DNA from: Tubulanus polymorphus | Lineage: Eukaryota; Animalia; Nemertea | Length of the DNA stretch: 64,000 bases | Direction of reading: 5' to 3' | Assembly: GCF_964204645.1 (NCBI RefSeq) | Contig: NW_027437441.1 | Span: 62,001 to 126,000 of the forward strand | Shown: positions 47,027 to 58,800 of the stretch, piece after piece | How the letters are laid out: every line of letters starts with the position of its first letter | Numbering within the stretch: the stretch's first letter is position 1 | The notes under the pieces: generated by a model | Database searches by the model: none | What the model was told of the DNA's origin: nothing | What the model saw: the letters and a program-made list of their open reading frames with translations, nothing else | Position numbers and translations under genes: made by a program

Positions 47027-47492
47027 TCACTGACCACCAATGACCAATTCAAACTTCTCGAATATGAAAACGATATACCGCGTTATGGTGTGAAACTAGA
47101 AAGGATTCGCCATTGAAAATTAATAAATTGACCATCACTGACCACCACTGACCAATTGAAACTTCTTGAAAGAACGATATACCGGTACCGCATTTGGTGT
47201 GAAACTAGATAGGATGCTCCATTAAAATTCATAAATTGACCATCACTGACCACCACTGACCAATTGAAATTTCTTGAAAGAACGATATACCGGTACCGCA
47301 TTTGATGTGAAACTTGAAAGGATTCGCCATTGAAAATTCATAAATTGACCATCACTGACCACCACTGACCAATTGAAACTTCTTGAAAGAACGATATACC
47401 GGTACCTCATTTGGTGTGAAACTAGAAAGGATTCGCCATTAAAATTCATAAATTGACCATCACTGACCACCACTGCCCAAGTGAAACTTCTC
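47027..47492. repeat. ~108-109-bp tandem repeats inside the TIR element
   Basis: catcactgaccacc at 47133, 47241, 47350 and 47458. Confidence 0.92.
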
Positions 47493-50400
47493 AAATATCG
47501 TGGTTGAATTCGAAAAAGCTTGTCGTCGTATTGCTATTTCTAGAAACCAGCAGAAAGTTTTGCTACTGTTTTTGAATGGCGTTGACATGATGGAAATTTA
47601 TTACCCATAAATGGGTTACACATCTGGATCACAGCACCTCACTTGCCGCAGTGCGTTATTTTCACTGCATAGTAATGCTAATACATAAACTTTTTTACTA
47701 ATTGACTACTTGACTCGAATCATCTGAACAGTACTGCGTTTGAAAACTCAACGAATAGAAAATGTTATAAATGTCTACAAATAAGTTATAATAAGATTAA
47801 TTAATCGATGCATGAAAAACAATTAAATCACAAGGTGACTAACACCCGTCTTTCAACCAATCTGCGCGATACCAATTAATTAAATCATTAAACGCATTGG
47901 GTTCCTAATATTTGGAATCATGTTGTACAATAGTTGTTCTTTAGACTTGGCCACTTTCATTTCAGAAAACCGCGTACTAGACCAGTGGTCACCGAGGCAT
48001 TAACCATTCCTTCAAGTTTTGAAAATTCGATGGTAACGCGGATTCTTCGCCTCTAAAATCTGTTTCGTTAATAGTTTTCTTTATATGAAAAGTGTTCATA
48101 GGAATTGAAATTTGGAGTGATATCAGTCACAGCTGTAACCCTTTTTCATTGTCAGTTCTTTTTTGGAATTCAAGTAGATTAGTGAAAATATCAATGATGA
48201 AGTTCACTTATTATATCAAGTACCGTTTTTACTGTCGCATGCGAGTCGAAACAAAAAGATCTATCCAACTGCATATCTTCGGGTATAAACTGTGATATCC
48301 TTCAGTATGTTATGAATATCTTTAAAAATTTGTGTTCTAGTATAATACCCGAAGGTTTAACTATCGGACACATAAAAGATTCGCCATAATCAAAGTTTTT
48401 AAGAAAATCTTTCTTCGAGAAAGAAAGATCTTTAAAAGAACGATTGGCGTCAAACTAATCCATAATGGACTGTTGTGAATTTATTGAATAATCCACCTGA
48501 GAAATTTAAAGATTTCGAAGCGAAATTTATTCATATAAATCAAAAATGCATGAATAACTTGACGTTATTTGCGGGTCTCATGAAACACTTTCGTGCGCTC
48601 TTTTTAAATCTAAAATAGCATTAATACATGCGTGTTTCGTTATAAACAAGGTTATATTCCAAACGCACATGAAATATGGAGCCTGTATCACACGATATAC
48701 ACATCTTGAATTTTCTCTTACTACGTAGGCCCTTTCCAAATGGGAATAGTTCAGTTTTTTAACGGCCGACATTCAGAGGCACCTAAAAAACCGGTTGTAT
48801 AGCACTTGAGATTTTCAGTGTAGGGCACATCTCACATCGACTCGGCTCGCGGTCGGTGGTTTAATGGGAACACATCTGGTTGTTACTAGTTTAACAGTTG
48901 ACGAATTCAGAAAACTTTTTTCAAATGTCTTTGATAACTTTTTAAACATAGTATTCTTCTTAATTACATTTCGCTGATTCCATAGATATTTTTTCATGAA
49001 AATTGATCCAGTTATAACGGATTTAAACGGATTTTACATACATGTAAAATGATTATTTTCAAAATATTCAATTTTCTCCGATTTTGAAGAAATTCTGACA
49101 CAATATCATCTCCACTCGACACATGATTTTACTTCGGCGCCTTTGAAGGGAGTGTCATTTGTTGTTGAGTTCATATTTAGTCCAACAAGAAGATATGCCT
49201 GATTCCTTTTTAGAATTTAGATTTCGACGGATATCATCAAATTACTAGAAAGGGACAGCAGCTTTCGGTCATCCGCAAAAAAATACCTAAAATGCTCTCC
49301 TAGGGTTATGGAAAAACATGTCACGAAACATACGGAAAATCCTTTGTTTGGTAGACTGAAATTATTGAACTCTTAAATAGCAACATTCAGAGAAACAAAA
49401 ACATAAGAATATATTCTCGCCCACCCTTTAAAAAAACAACGTGATTTCAATTGAAGATGACACGTAGCCTCATATCAAATGATATGAACGCAACAGACAG
49501 AGCCTATTCATTCTCTTTACGAGGATGGGTCTCCACATTCATAGGATACGATACGAGATTCGTGGGTACGAATGATGAATACAACTGATAAAGCGCCAAT
49601 TTCACTGATTCTTGCACGTAAAGGTGTTTGAGAGTAATCTAGTTAACAGGTGTGTTTTAGGAGTATTTTGAATTTAAACTCAAATCGGGGTTCATGACGA
49701 ATATTGAGCATTCTAGGGCTGGAGCAAGAAACGTGTGGGATCGTCCGCCAATGGTATCGCCAAAGAAATAATAAGGAGCCAGTCCGTGGTGGCTATTGAA
49801 AGCGACGACCGCATGTGAATGCATTGATTGAATGACATCTCAAAAGTCAGATTATATAAAATTGAACATGATATATGGATAGGTTATTCCATATATACTG
49901 GTAAAAATGATGCCCAATATGTGATATAAATGTTCAATTAAAAAGTAGAAACCGAATCCATAATTCAGTCTGGTATTGTTATAACATCAAACACTCAAAT
50001 TTAATCCTTTGTTAGATTGGTAGCCAGTGTAGACGAGCAAGAATAGTGGTCCCTAATTTTAATGTGGACTGTTCAACAAGTTGGAGTTTGTGTAGAGATG
50101 AATGAGTTTAAAATGGAGTGGAATTTAGATAATACTGTTTGAATGTCTATTACTCAATTTTTTTATTGATCATAAAAAATTGTGGTAAAATATTTGACTC
50201 TATGGTTGGTTTTAGATTGTATCTCTCCACGCCAGAGGTAATCACGGATATTGGACTACACAACATTCCTTGTGTACAGCTCAACTTATTAAATCCCTGG
50301 AAAAGCTCGCCACGGATATATCTCAGTAATTTTCCCACAAATTCTCCCCTTCGAAAAACCTAAACAACCAATGTACGCTTGCTCTAAGTTTGCCATCGCA

Positions 50401-52505
50401 CTATTGTTACCTTTTCTAGCTATTTGCACTAGCTGTTTGTCGCAAATAGATTGCATCCTCTATTACAGGAGTTAAGGAGTTAAGGACCCGTTTCTCAAAA
50501 GATAGTTTAAATTAACCATCATCCAATATGATACATGACTAAATACACTGAAAAAGATCAACTATGTACACATTTCAAATTTCAAACCATGTTTTATCAT
50601 TAGAAAATTACGACACAACGTTCGATCTCTCACTAGAGATAATCTTTTTGAATTTGTACACTGAGTTTTCGTATCGTATTATCGTATTTTCAATTCTCTG
50701 CTTTTGAGTCAACAAGTACAAAGTTATTTTAGCAATGAAAATTTAATTGTCATTATAAATGTTAACTATCCACTGGTAAACTTACTAACTTTTGGCAACT
50801 GACCTTAGATCGTGAAATGGTCTCACGTGGCCTGCTGATCCACTCTTTATTTATACCAGTAAAGAAATATTTAGTATAAGACGTAAAAAGTATATGAACA
50901 TTTTATTTATCTTTATATCGCGATAATTCGTGTACGTATGATTGAAAAACGATATTCTATCGAATCTCATGGTACTTATGATTATTGTGTATAGAATCAA
51001 TAATTAGCAACCCTCCACGGATACGAAGCAGCCTAAGTTTACATCCTACCAAAATTATCCTCGAAACTCTCAGCATTATTTCAAGGGTCGGTCTTAGAAA
51101 ATATATGAAGGACGTGTTCACAGGTTAACGAGGCCAAAAATCTTCCCCAAAATTTCAAATTTTTACAAGCAAAGATAATATACTTCATGCTTTTGGTGCA
51201 GAAAAAAATACATGTCCACAAAATGCAAATTGTGTTTTCAAAGTAAACGATTGAGTGTGGAATTGTTTCGAATTCAAGGTTTTCCCATTAACACTCCGGT
51301 ATTTTTCAATAAGATAAGTCAAACTATTGTTGTGATGGCCAGTTGAATACCTCATCATTATATTAAAAGATATGTTATACTTAATGCATCTTTTCTTGGG
51401 CCTTACAGCTTTCTCTATTGGTTAGCGTTGTGATCACTCAAAATTAACCATAAGTTTGAATTCTCACTGATCTACTACATCTCTATAACAAAAATATATT
51501 TCATATCAGGCAATTAGCTTTGATCTGTGGTCAGTGGACAGCAGCTACAAAACATTTAAAACTACTACATTAGCATTCCATCTATTCATATATATATATA
51601 ATATGATATGATATCTTCTTTGTTCAGTTTAAAAGTCTTGATCGTAAAAGTTTGACTAGTCTCGCATTAGGTACCGATACGCACGTTCACGCGAGTGAAA
51701 TGTGCACGTTACAGGCTCAAATGCGCACGTTACGATTACAAATGGAAACGTTGTTCGCTCAAAACCCTACGTAAAAATCTCATGCATTTTAGCGGAATTT
51801 CAAAGTTAGCTCGCTACCTACAACAAAAATCGGACAAGACTTTTTCAAGCGACAACTTTAAGAGCTAGTAGTACTAACGAAGGATGCACTAAACATATAA
51901 ATTACTTATGGGGGTTCTGGTTAGCACTGGTAACTGGTCTGTACTGGTCAAGCATTGGTCAGTTAAACAATTTTTAGATTAATGCCCACATCATATCTAG
52001 TTATTTGACACCAAACAACTTAATTGTTTGCAAACAAATAATTTACTATATGGTCAGTACTGGTCATGCAATGGTCAGTTAAAAGACCATGGTCCACGCC
52101 ACATTTGATACCAAACATGATTGGATTGTGTCGTTTCGAAAATTTATCTGTTGGGCAATTAGTGGTCAGCCCTGGTTCGTTAGGTTCTTATTTTGCGGGC
52201 ATTTTATCTCGAACCACCGAAAGACCGAATCACTAATTAATTCACCAGATCGTTAATTGCTGAAAATGAAGATTAATGTTTAACTAATAGTCCTTGTCTG
52301 AACAAAATGTCTCTGGTATGGGTCCTATGGAATCATGTCCATAACTGTACACCGTACTGTATCTTTGTACTGTATCTTTTTATGTTCACTACTACCGTAA
52401 TTAATTGACTGTGATGTTTTCAAGTGGTCTTAAGTACCGCTAATAGCCGAAAGTCGTTGATTTATGTGAAATTTACATACAGCGCCACCCGTTGATAGTG
52501 ATACT

Positions 52506-52921
52506 TACGGAAGCGATAAGGGGCCTCGAAATGTCGCGTTCCAACTCGACAAGTCGTCATATTTATGTCGACATACCGCGATATATCGCGTCAGGTCGAC
52601 ATGAATATGTCGATATATCCTGACGTTTTGACGACATATTTCGTTTTCTCGACCACTTTCCTCGCGACAAGTCGACATATTCATGACGACTTGAAACTCA
52701 GTCGTCATATCACTGGCGTCCTCATCTTACATTTAGACGTGTCTTCAAATGACGGCTTGTCCCGTGGAAAATGGGCAAAAAAGCGAAATTTGTCGTGAAA
52801 ACGTCACGATATGTCGACATATTCATGTCGACTTGACGCGATATATCGCGATATGTCGACATAAATATGGCGACTTGTTGAGTTGGAACGCGACATCTCG
52901 AGGCCCCTTATCGCTTCCGTA
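52506..52921. mobile_element. TAC..GTA MITE copy inside the TIR element
   Basis: Flanks gatact / gaaact; absent from the second copy (near 55870). Confidence 0.85.
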
Positions 52922-52984
52922 GAAACTAACCCGAGCAATAAGGGTGTTAAATAGACACGCTAGCAAACCGGCATTCTCATAATG

Positions 52985-53372
52985 TTGGTTTTATCGCCCG
53001 CGACAATTCATTAATTTTGTTTTGTCACCCGCGACAAATCAATATTTTGGTTTTATCGCCCGCGACAATTCATTATTTTGGTTTTATCGCCCGCGACAAT
53101 TCATTATTTTGGTTTTATCGCCCGCGACAATTCATTATTTTGGTTTTATCGCCCGCGACAATTCATTACTTTGGTTTTGTCGCCTGCGACAATTCAATAT
53201 TTTGGTTTTGTCGCCCGCGACAATTCATTTTTTTTGGTTTTGTCGCCCGCGACAATTCAATATTTTGGTTTTATCGCCAGCGACAATTGATTATTTTGGT
53301 TTTATCGCCCGCGACAATTGATTATTTTGGTTTTATCGCCCGCGACAATTAATTTTTTTGGTTTTGTCGACC
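52985..53372 (+). repeat. 31-bp satellite (continuation of 46408-46475)
   Basis: Same monomer, in register across the TIR-element insertion. Confidence 0.95.
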
Positions 53373-53578
53373 ACTTTATTAGCTTTTGAATAATTAGGCC
53401 AATTAATAACGTAATAAAGACTTATGCTTTCGCCTATTTTGAAGTCGATTAATCTGATATAGTGTCGAATATTAAGGTCATTTTGGCAGATTCTTTTTTT
53501 TTTAAAGTGATATTAAAGTGATCATTCAAGTGATCCTACTTAATGAAAGATCACATATTATTTCTTTTTCTAAAGATG

Positions 53579-54010
53579 TACGGAAGCTTATATGTCAAAA
53601 GCGATAAAGGGCCTCTTGTTGTCGCGTTCCAACTCGACAAGTCGCTATATTTACGTCGACATATCGCGATATATCGCATCAAGTCGACATGAATATGTCG
53701 ACATATCGTGACGTTTTCACGACAAATTTCGCTTTTTCGCCCATTTTCCACGGGACAAGCCGTCATTTGAAGACACGTCGAAATATAAGATGAGGACGCC
53801 AGTTATATGGCGACTGAGTTTCAAGTCGTCATGAATATGTCGAATTGTTGCGAGGAAAATGGTTGAGAAAACGAAATATGTCGTCAAAGCGTCACAATAT
53901 GTGGACATATTCATGTCGACTTGAAGCAATATAACGCGATATGTTGACATAAATATGGCGACTTTGTCGAGTTGGAACGCGACAACTCGAGGCCCTTTAT
54001 CGCTTCCGTA
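53579..54010. mobile_element. TAC..GTA MITE copy
   Basis: Same TIRs, with a small insertion in the left TIR. Confidence 0.8.
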
Positions 54011-54068
54011 CTTCCGTATATATGGGACCCGTACAAAACCGTCGCGACCTATCATTGTTACTGTTTCC

Positions 54069-54540
54069 TACGGAAGCGATAAGGGGCCTCGAGATGTCGC
54101 ATTCCAACTCGACAAGTCGCCATATTTATGTCGATATATCGCGATATATCGCGTCAAGTCGACATGAATATGTCGATATATCTTGACGATTTGACGACAT
54201 ATTCCGTTTTCTCGACCATTTTCCTCGCGACAAGTCGATATATTTATGACGACTTGAAACTCAGTCGTCTTATTTCTGGTGTCTTCGTCTTCTATATCGG
54301 CATGTCGTCAAATTTATGGCGACTTGTCGTGACCTTATTGCGACTTGTCGACAAAAAATGTCGTCATGTCACGAAGTTTATTCGACAAATCAACTTTCCA
54401 ATGTCAACTGTGAAGCCGTGTCACCGAAATCATGTCGTCAGATCGCGATAGCCTTCTCGATAACTCGACAAAATTTTGTCGACTAGCGAGGATACACCGA
54501 CAAGTCGATGCAGATTCGTCGACTCGTTTTGACGTCGCGA
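54069..54540. mobile_element. One-ended, longer relative of the TAC..GTA MITE
   Basis: Left TIR followed by extended gtcgac/cgacaag-rich sequence; no right TIR seen; right boundary approximate. Confidence 0.55.
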
Positions 54541-54761
54541 AAAGTGATATTGTTTCTAACATTGATGGACGTTAAGATTTAAGCAAAGCCTTTTTTGCAT
54601 GATCTAGAAGCCGTTAAAAAGCATTATTAAATTTACGAGGCAGAAAATAATATACCCAAGTAGCAATAGTTACGGACAATTTCAATCACCAAACCATCAT
54701 AGTTAAAAGTGTGATTATTAAGGAGCAGAAAACCCGTTATCGCTGCTTTGCAGCTATATTT

Positions 54762-55243
54762 ATACATATTTTTTACTAAATTGATTTTACACATTCTATT
54801 CATATATTTTATTCATTTATATGTTATTCATGTGTATAGGCTAGTTGAATTATTTCAATCACACTTTACTGACACTTTTAATGTTTAAAAATCTAACTCA
54901 TACAAATATAAATATTGAAATATGTTTAAAATATATCTATATATCTATTCTATAATGGCTCGACCTCCGACCTCTGGCTTGAAACCCCACTTTTCTAATT
55001 ACTTTTATATGTTATTCATATATATTTTATCCATGTAAATGAATATTTTAAGAGTAAATAGAGGGGAATGTGGCTTTCATATCAAAGGTTGAAAGGGTGA
55101 GTGAGTAAAAAATGAAAATAACAATAATTTCTAGTTGAATTAGGAGTGTGCGCGACTAATTCAACTGGAAATTATTGTTATTTTCATTTTTTACGAGCTC
55201 GACCTTTCGACCTTTGGTATGAAAGCCACATTCCCCTATTACT
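54762..55243. mobile_element. Right end and TIR of Polinton-1, with terminal fold-back 55053-55243
   Basis: 54850-54955 is the reverse complement of about 28300-28405; ends ..ttcccctattact followed by ggcatc. Confidence 0.88.
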
Positions 55244-55692
55244 GGCATCTGCCAAAACGGTTAGCTGAGGTTCCTAAACGCTGCAAAAACCCTACTTGTA
55301 ATCGACGTACCAGATTCTTCCGTATGAAATGCAACGTATATTTGTGCATCGACAAACACAGCGATTGCTTTTATGACTTCCATGTAACTAACTAAAAATG
55401 ACAGAGTAGATGTAATATCAAGTATATTTTGTATATAATTGATGAACCATTATGTAAAATCTAGTTCTTGAAGCATTTTATAATAAAAAAAATAGTGTTC
55501 TGTCAGAAGTCATTTTGTTATATTTTAGTTATCGGTGTGCATTCTGGACACAATTGTGAGTGGACCAAAAATGCCAAAATTTATTGAATTTGATAATTTC
55601 AAAAGGATGATCACTGTTATGGGTCCCTAAGTAGTTTATATTCCGAATTGCAAGTGAATATCTATAGATTAAGGCCTTCATGCAACAAAGGG
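55244..55692 (+). mobile_element. piggyBac-B 3' end (cysteine-rich tail 55246-55395; terminus ..aaaggg + TTAA)
   Basis: Translates HLPKRLAEVPKRCKNPTCNRRTRFFRMKCNVYLCIDKHSDCFYDFH; TTAA at 55693-55696 matches the empty site at 62829-62832. Confidence 0.8.
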
Positions 55693-55804
55693 TTAACCAC
55701 TTGAAACTGTCAGATCAAACATCATACCGCATTCCCGCAAAAAGGGGTAGTTCAGCAAACCGGAGCTTAGTACGGGTAGCCGAGCAAACCGAAAACTCAT
55801 AATG
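55693..55804. mobile_element. Terminal ~110 bp of a third copy of the CATTATGAG TIR element
   Basis: Matches 62829-62968 with a small deletion. Confidence 0.85.
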
Positions 55805-55810
55805 CGTAAG

Positions 55811-58800
55811 CATTATGAGAATGCCGGTTTGCTAGCGTATCTATTTAACACCCGTATTGCTCGGGTTAGTTTTACTATCAACGGGTGGCGCTGTATGTAA
55901 ATTTCACATAAATCAACGACTTTCGGCTATTAGCGGTACGTAAGACCACTTGAAAACATCATAGTCAATTACGGTAGTAGTGAACATAAAAAGATACAGT
56001 ACAAATATACAGTACGGTGTACAGTTAAGGACATGATTCCATAGCACCCATACCAGAGACATTTTGTTCAGACAAGGACTATTAGTTAAACACTAATCTT
56101 CATTTTCAGCAATTAACGATCTGGTGAATTAATTAGTGATTCGGTCTTTCGGTGGTTCGAGATAAAATGCCCGCAAAATAAGAACCTAACAAACCAGGGC
56201 TAACCACAAATTGCCCAACAGATAAATTTTCGAAACGACACAATCCAATCATGTTTGGTATCAAATGTGGCGTGGACCATGGTCTTTTAACTGACCATTG
56301 CATGACCAGTACTGACCATATAGTAAATTATTTGTTTGCAAACAATTAAGTTGTTTGGTGTCAAATAACTAGATATGATGTGGGCATTAATCTAAAAATT
56401 GTTTAACTGACCAATGCTTGACCAGTACAGACCAGTTACCAGTGCTAACCAGAACCCCCATAAGTAATTTATATGTTTATTGAATCCTTCGTTAGTACTA
56501 CTAGCTCTTACATTTGTCGCTTGAAAAAGTCTTGTCAGATTTTTGTTGTAGGTAGCGAGCTAACTTTGAAATTCCGCTAAAATGCATGATTTTTACGTAG
56601 GGTTTTGAACGAACAACGTTTCCATTTGTAATTGTAACGTGCGCATTTGAGCCTGTAGCGCGCACATTTCACTCGCGTGAACGTGCGTATCGGTACCAAC
56701 ATGCGAGACTTGTCAAACTTTTACGATCAAGACTTTTAAACTGAACAAAGAAGATATCATATCATATTATATATACATGAATAGATGGAATGATAATGTA
56801 GTCGTTTTAGATGTTTCGTAGCTGCTGTCCACTGACCACAGATCAAAGCTAATTGCCTGATATGAAATATATTTTTGTTATAGAGATGTAGTAGATCAGT
56901 GAGAATTCAAACTTATGGTTAATTTTGAGTGATCACAACGCTAACCAATAGAGAAAGCTGTAAGGCCCAAGAAAAGATGCATTAAGTATAACATATCTTT
57001 CAATATAATGATGAGGTATTCAACTGGCCATCACAACAATAGTTTGATTTATCTTATTGAAAAATACCGGAGTGTTAACGGGAAAACCTTGAATTCGAAA
57101 CAATTCCACACTCAATCGTTTACTTTGAAAACACAATTTGCATTTTGTGGACATGTATTTTTTTCTGCACCAAAAGCATGAAGTATATTATCTTTGCTTG
57201 TAAAAATTTGAAATTTTGGGGAAGATTTTTGGCCTCGTTAACCTGTGAACACGTCCTTCATATATTTTCTAAGACCGACCCTTGAAATAATGCTGAGAGT
57301 TTCGAGGATAATTTTGGTAGGATGTAAACTTAGGCTGCTTCGTATCCGTGGAGGGTTGCTAATTATTGGTTCTATACACAATAATCATAAGTACCATGAG
57401 ATTCGATAGAATATCGTTTTTCAATCATACGTACACGAATTATCGCGATATAAAGATAAATAATATGTTCATATACTTTTTACGTCTTTCTTATACTGTA
57501 TATTTCTTTACTAGTATAAATAAAGAGTGGATCAGCAGGCCACCTGAGACCATTCCACGATCTAAGGTCAGTTGCCAAAAGTTAGTAAGTTTACCAGTGG
57601 ATTGTTAACATTTATAATGACAATTAAATTTTCATTGCTAAAATAACTTTGTACTTGTTGACTCAAAAGCAGAGAATTGAAAATACGATAATACGATACG
57701 AAAACTCAGTTTACAAATTCAAAAAGATTATCTCTAGTGAGAGATCGAACGTTGTGTCGTAATTTTCTAATGATAAAACATGGTTTGAAATTTGAAATGT
57801 GTACATAGTTGATCTTTTTCAGTGTATTTAGTCATGTATCATATTGGATGATGGTTAATTTAAACTATCTTTTGAGAAACGGGTCCCAGAGCTGTATCCT
57901 TTACTCCTGTAATAGAGGATGCAATCTATTTGCGACAAACACCTAGTGCAAATAGCTAGAAAAGGTAACAATAGTGCATTGGCAAACTTAGAGCAAGCGT
58001 ACATTGGTTGTTTAGGTTTTTCGAAGGGGAGAATTTGTGGGAAAATTACTGAGATATATCCGTGGCGAGCTTTTCCAGGGATTTAAAAAGTTGAGCTGTA
58101 CACAAGGAATGTTGTGTAGTCCAATATCCGTGATTACCTCTGGCGTGGAGAGATACAATCTAAAACCAACCATAGAGTCAAATATTTTACCACAATTTTT
58201 TATGATCAATAAAAAGATTGAGTAATAGACATTCAAACAGTATTATCTAAATTCCACTACGTTTTAAACTCATTCATCTCTACACAAACTCCAACTTGTT
58301 GAACAGTCCACATTAAAATTAGGGACCACTATTTTTGCTCATCTACACTGGCTACCAATTTAACAAAAGATTAAATTTGAGTGTTTGATGTTATAACAAT
58401 ACCTGACTGAATTATGGATTCGGTTTCTACTTTTTAATTGAACATTTATATCACATATTAGGCATCATTTTCACCAGTATATATGGAATAACCTATCCAT
58501 ATATCATGTTCAATTTTATATAATCTGACTTTTGAGATGTCATTCAATCAATGCATTCACATGCGGTCGTCGCTTTCAATAGCCACCACGGACTGGCTCC
58601 TTATTATTTATATACCATTATACCATTGGCGGACGATCCCACACGTTTCTTGCTCCAGCCCTAGAATGCTCAATATTCGTCATGAACCCCGATTTGAGTT
58701 TAAATACTCCTAAAACACACCTGTTAACTAGATTACTCTAAAACACCTTTATGTGCAAGAATCAGTGAAATTGGCGCTTTATCAGTTGTATTCATCATTC

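Larger units (their letters stand above)
46476..52984. mobile_element. 6.5-kb non-autonomous TIR element (CATTATGAG..CTCATAATG), possibly CACTA/EnSpm-like
   Basis: Imperfect ~23-bp TIRs; inserted in a satellite monomer with TT duplicated; no long ORF; inverted second copy at 55811-62968. Confidence 0.8.
9039..54761 (+). mobile_element. Head-to-tail array of five Helentron-type non-autonomous (HINE/DINE-1-like) units: 9039-11847, 11848-16907, 16908-21476, 21477-26725, 26726-54761
   Basis: 5' subterminal IR agggttttctg with nearby inverted cagaaaaccct and an (ATT)n microsatellite; each unit ends cagaaaaccc + gctgc-ttt-gcagc stem-loop + tatattt; inserted in a T-rich site with no evident TSD; a shared ~1.1-kb body starts ttccacactattttt. 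Confidence 0.7.

Noticed and set aside
48092-50363. Short ORFs conserved in both copies of the 6.5-kb TIR element
   Set aside because: Conservation only reflects recent duplication; no transposase motif was recognised, though small exons cannot be excluded.
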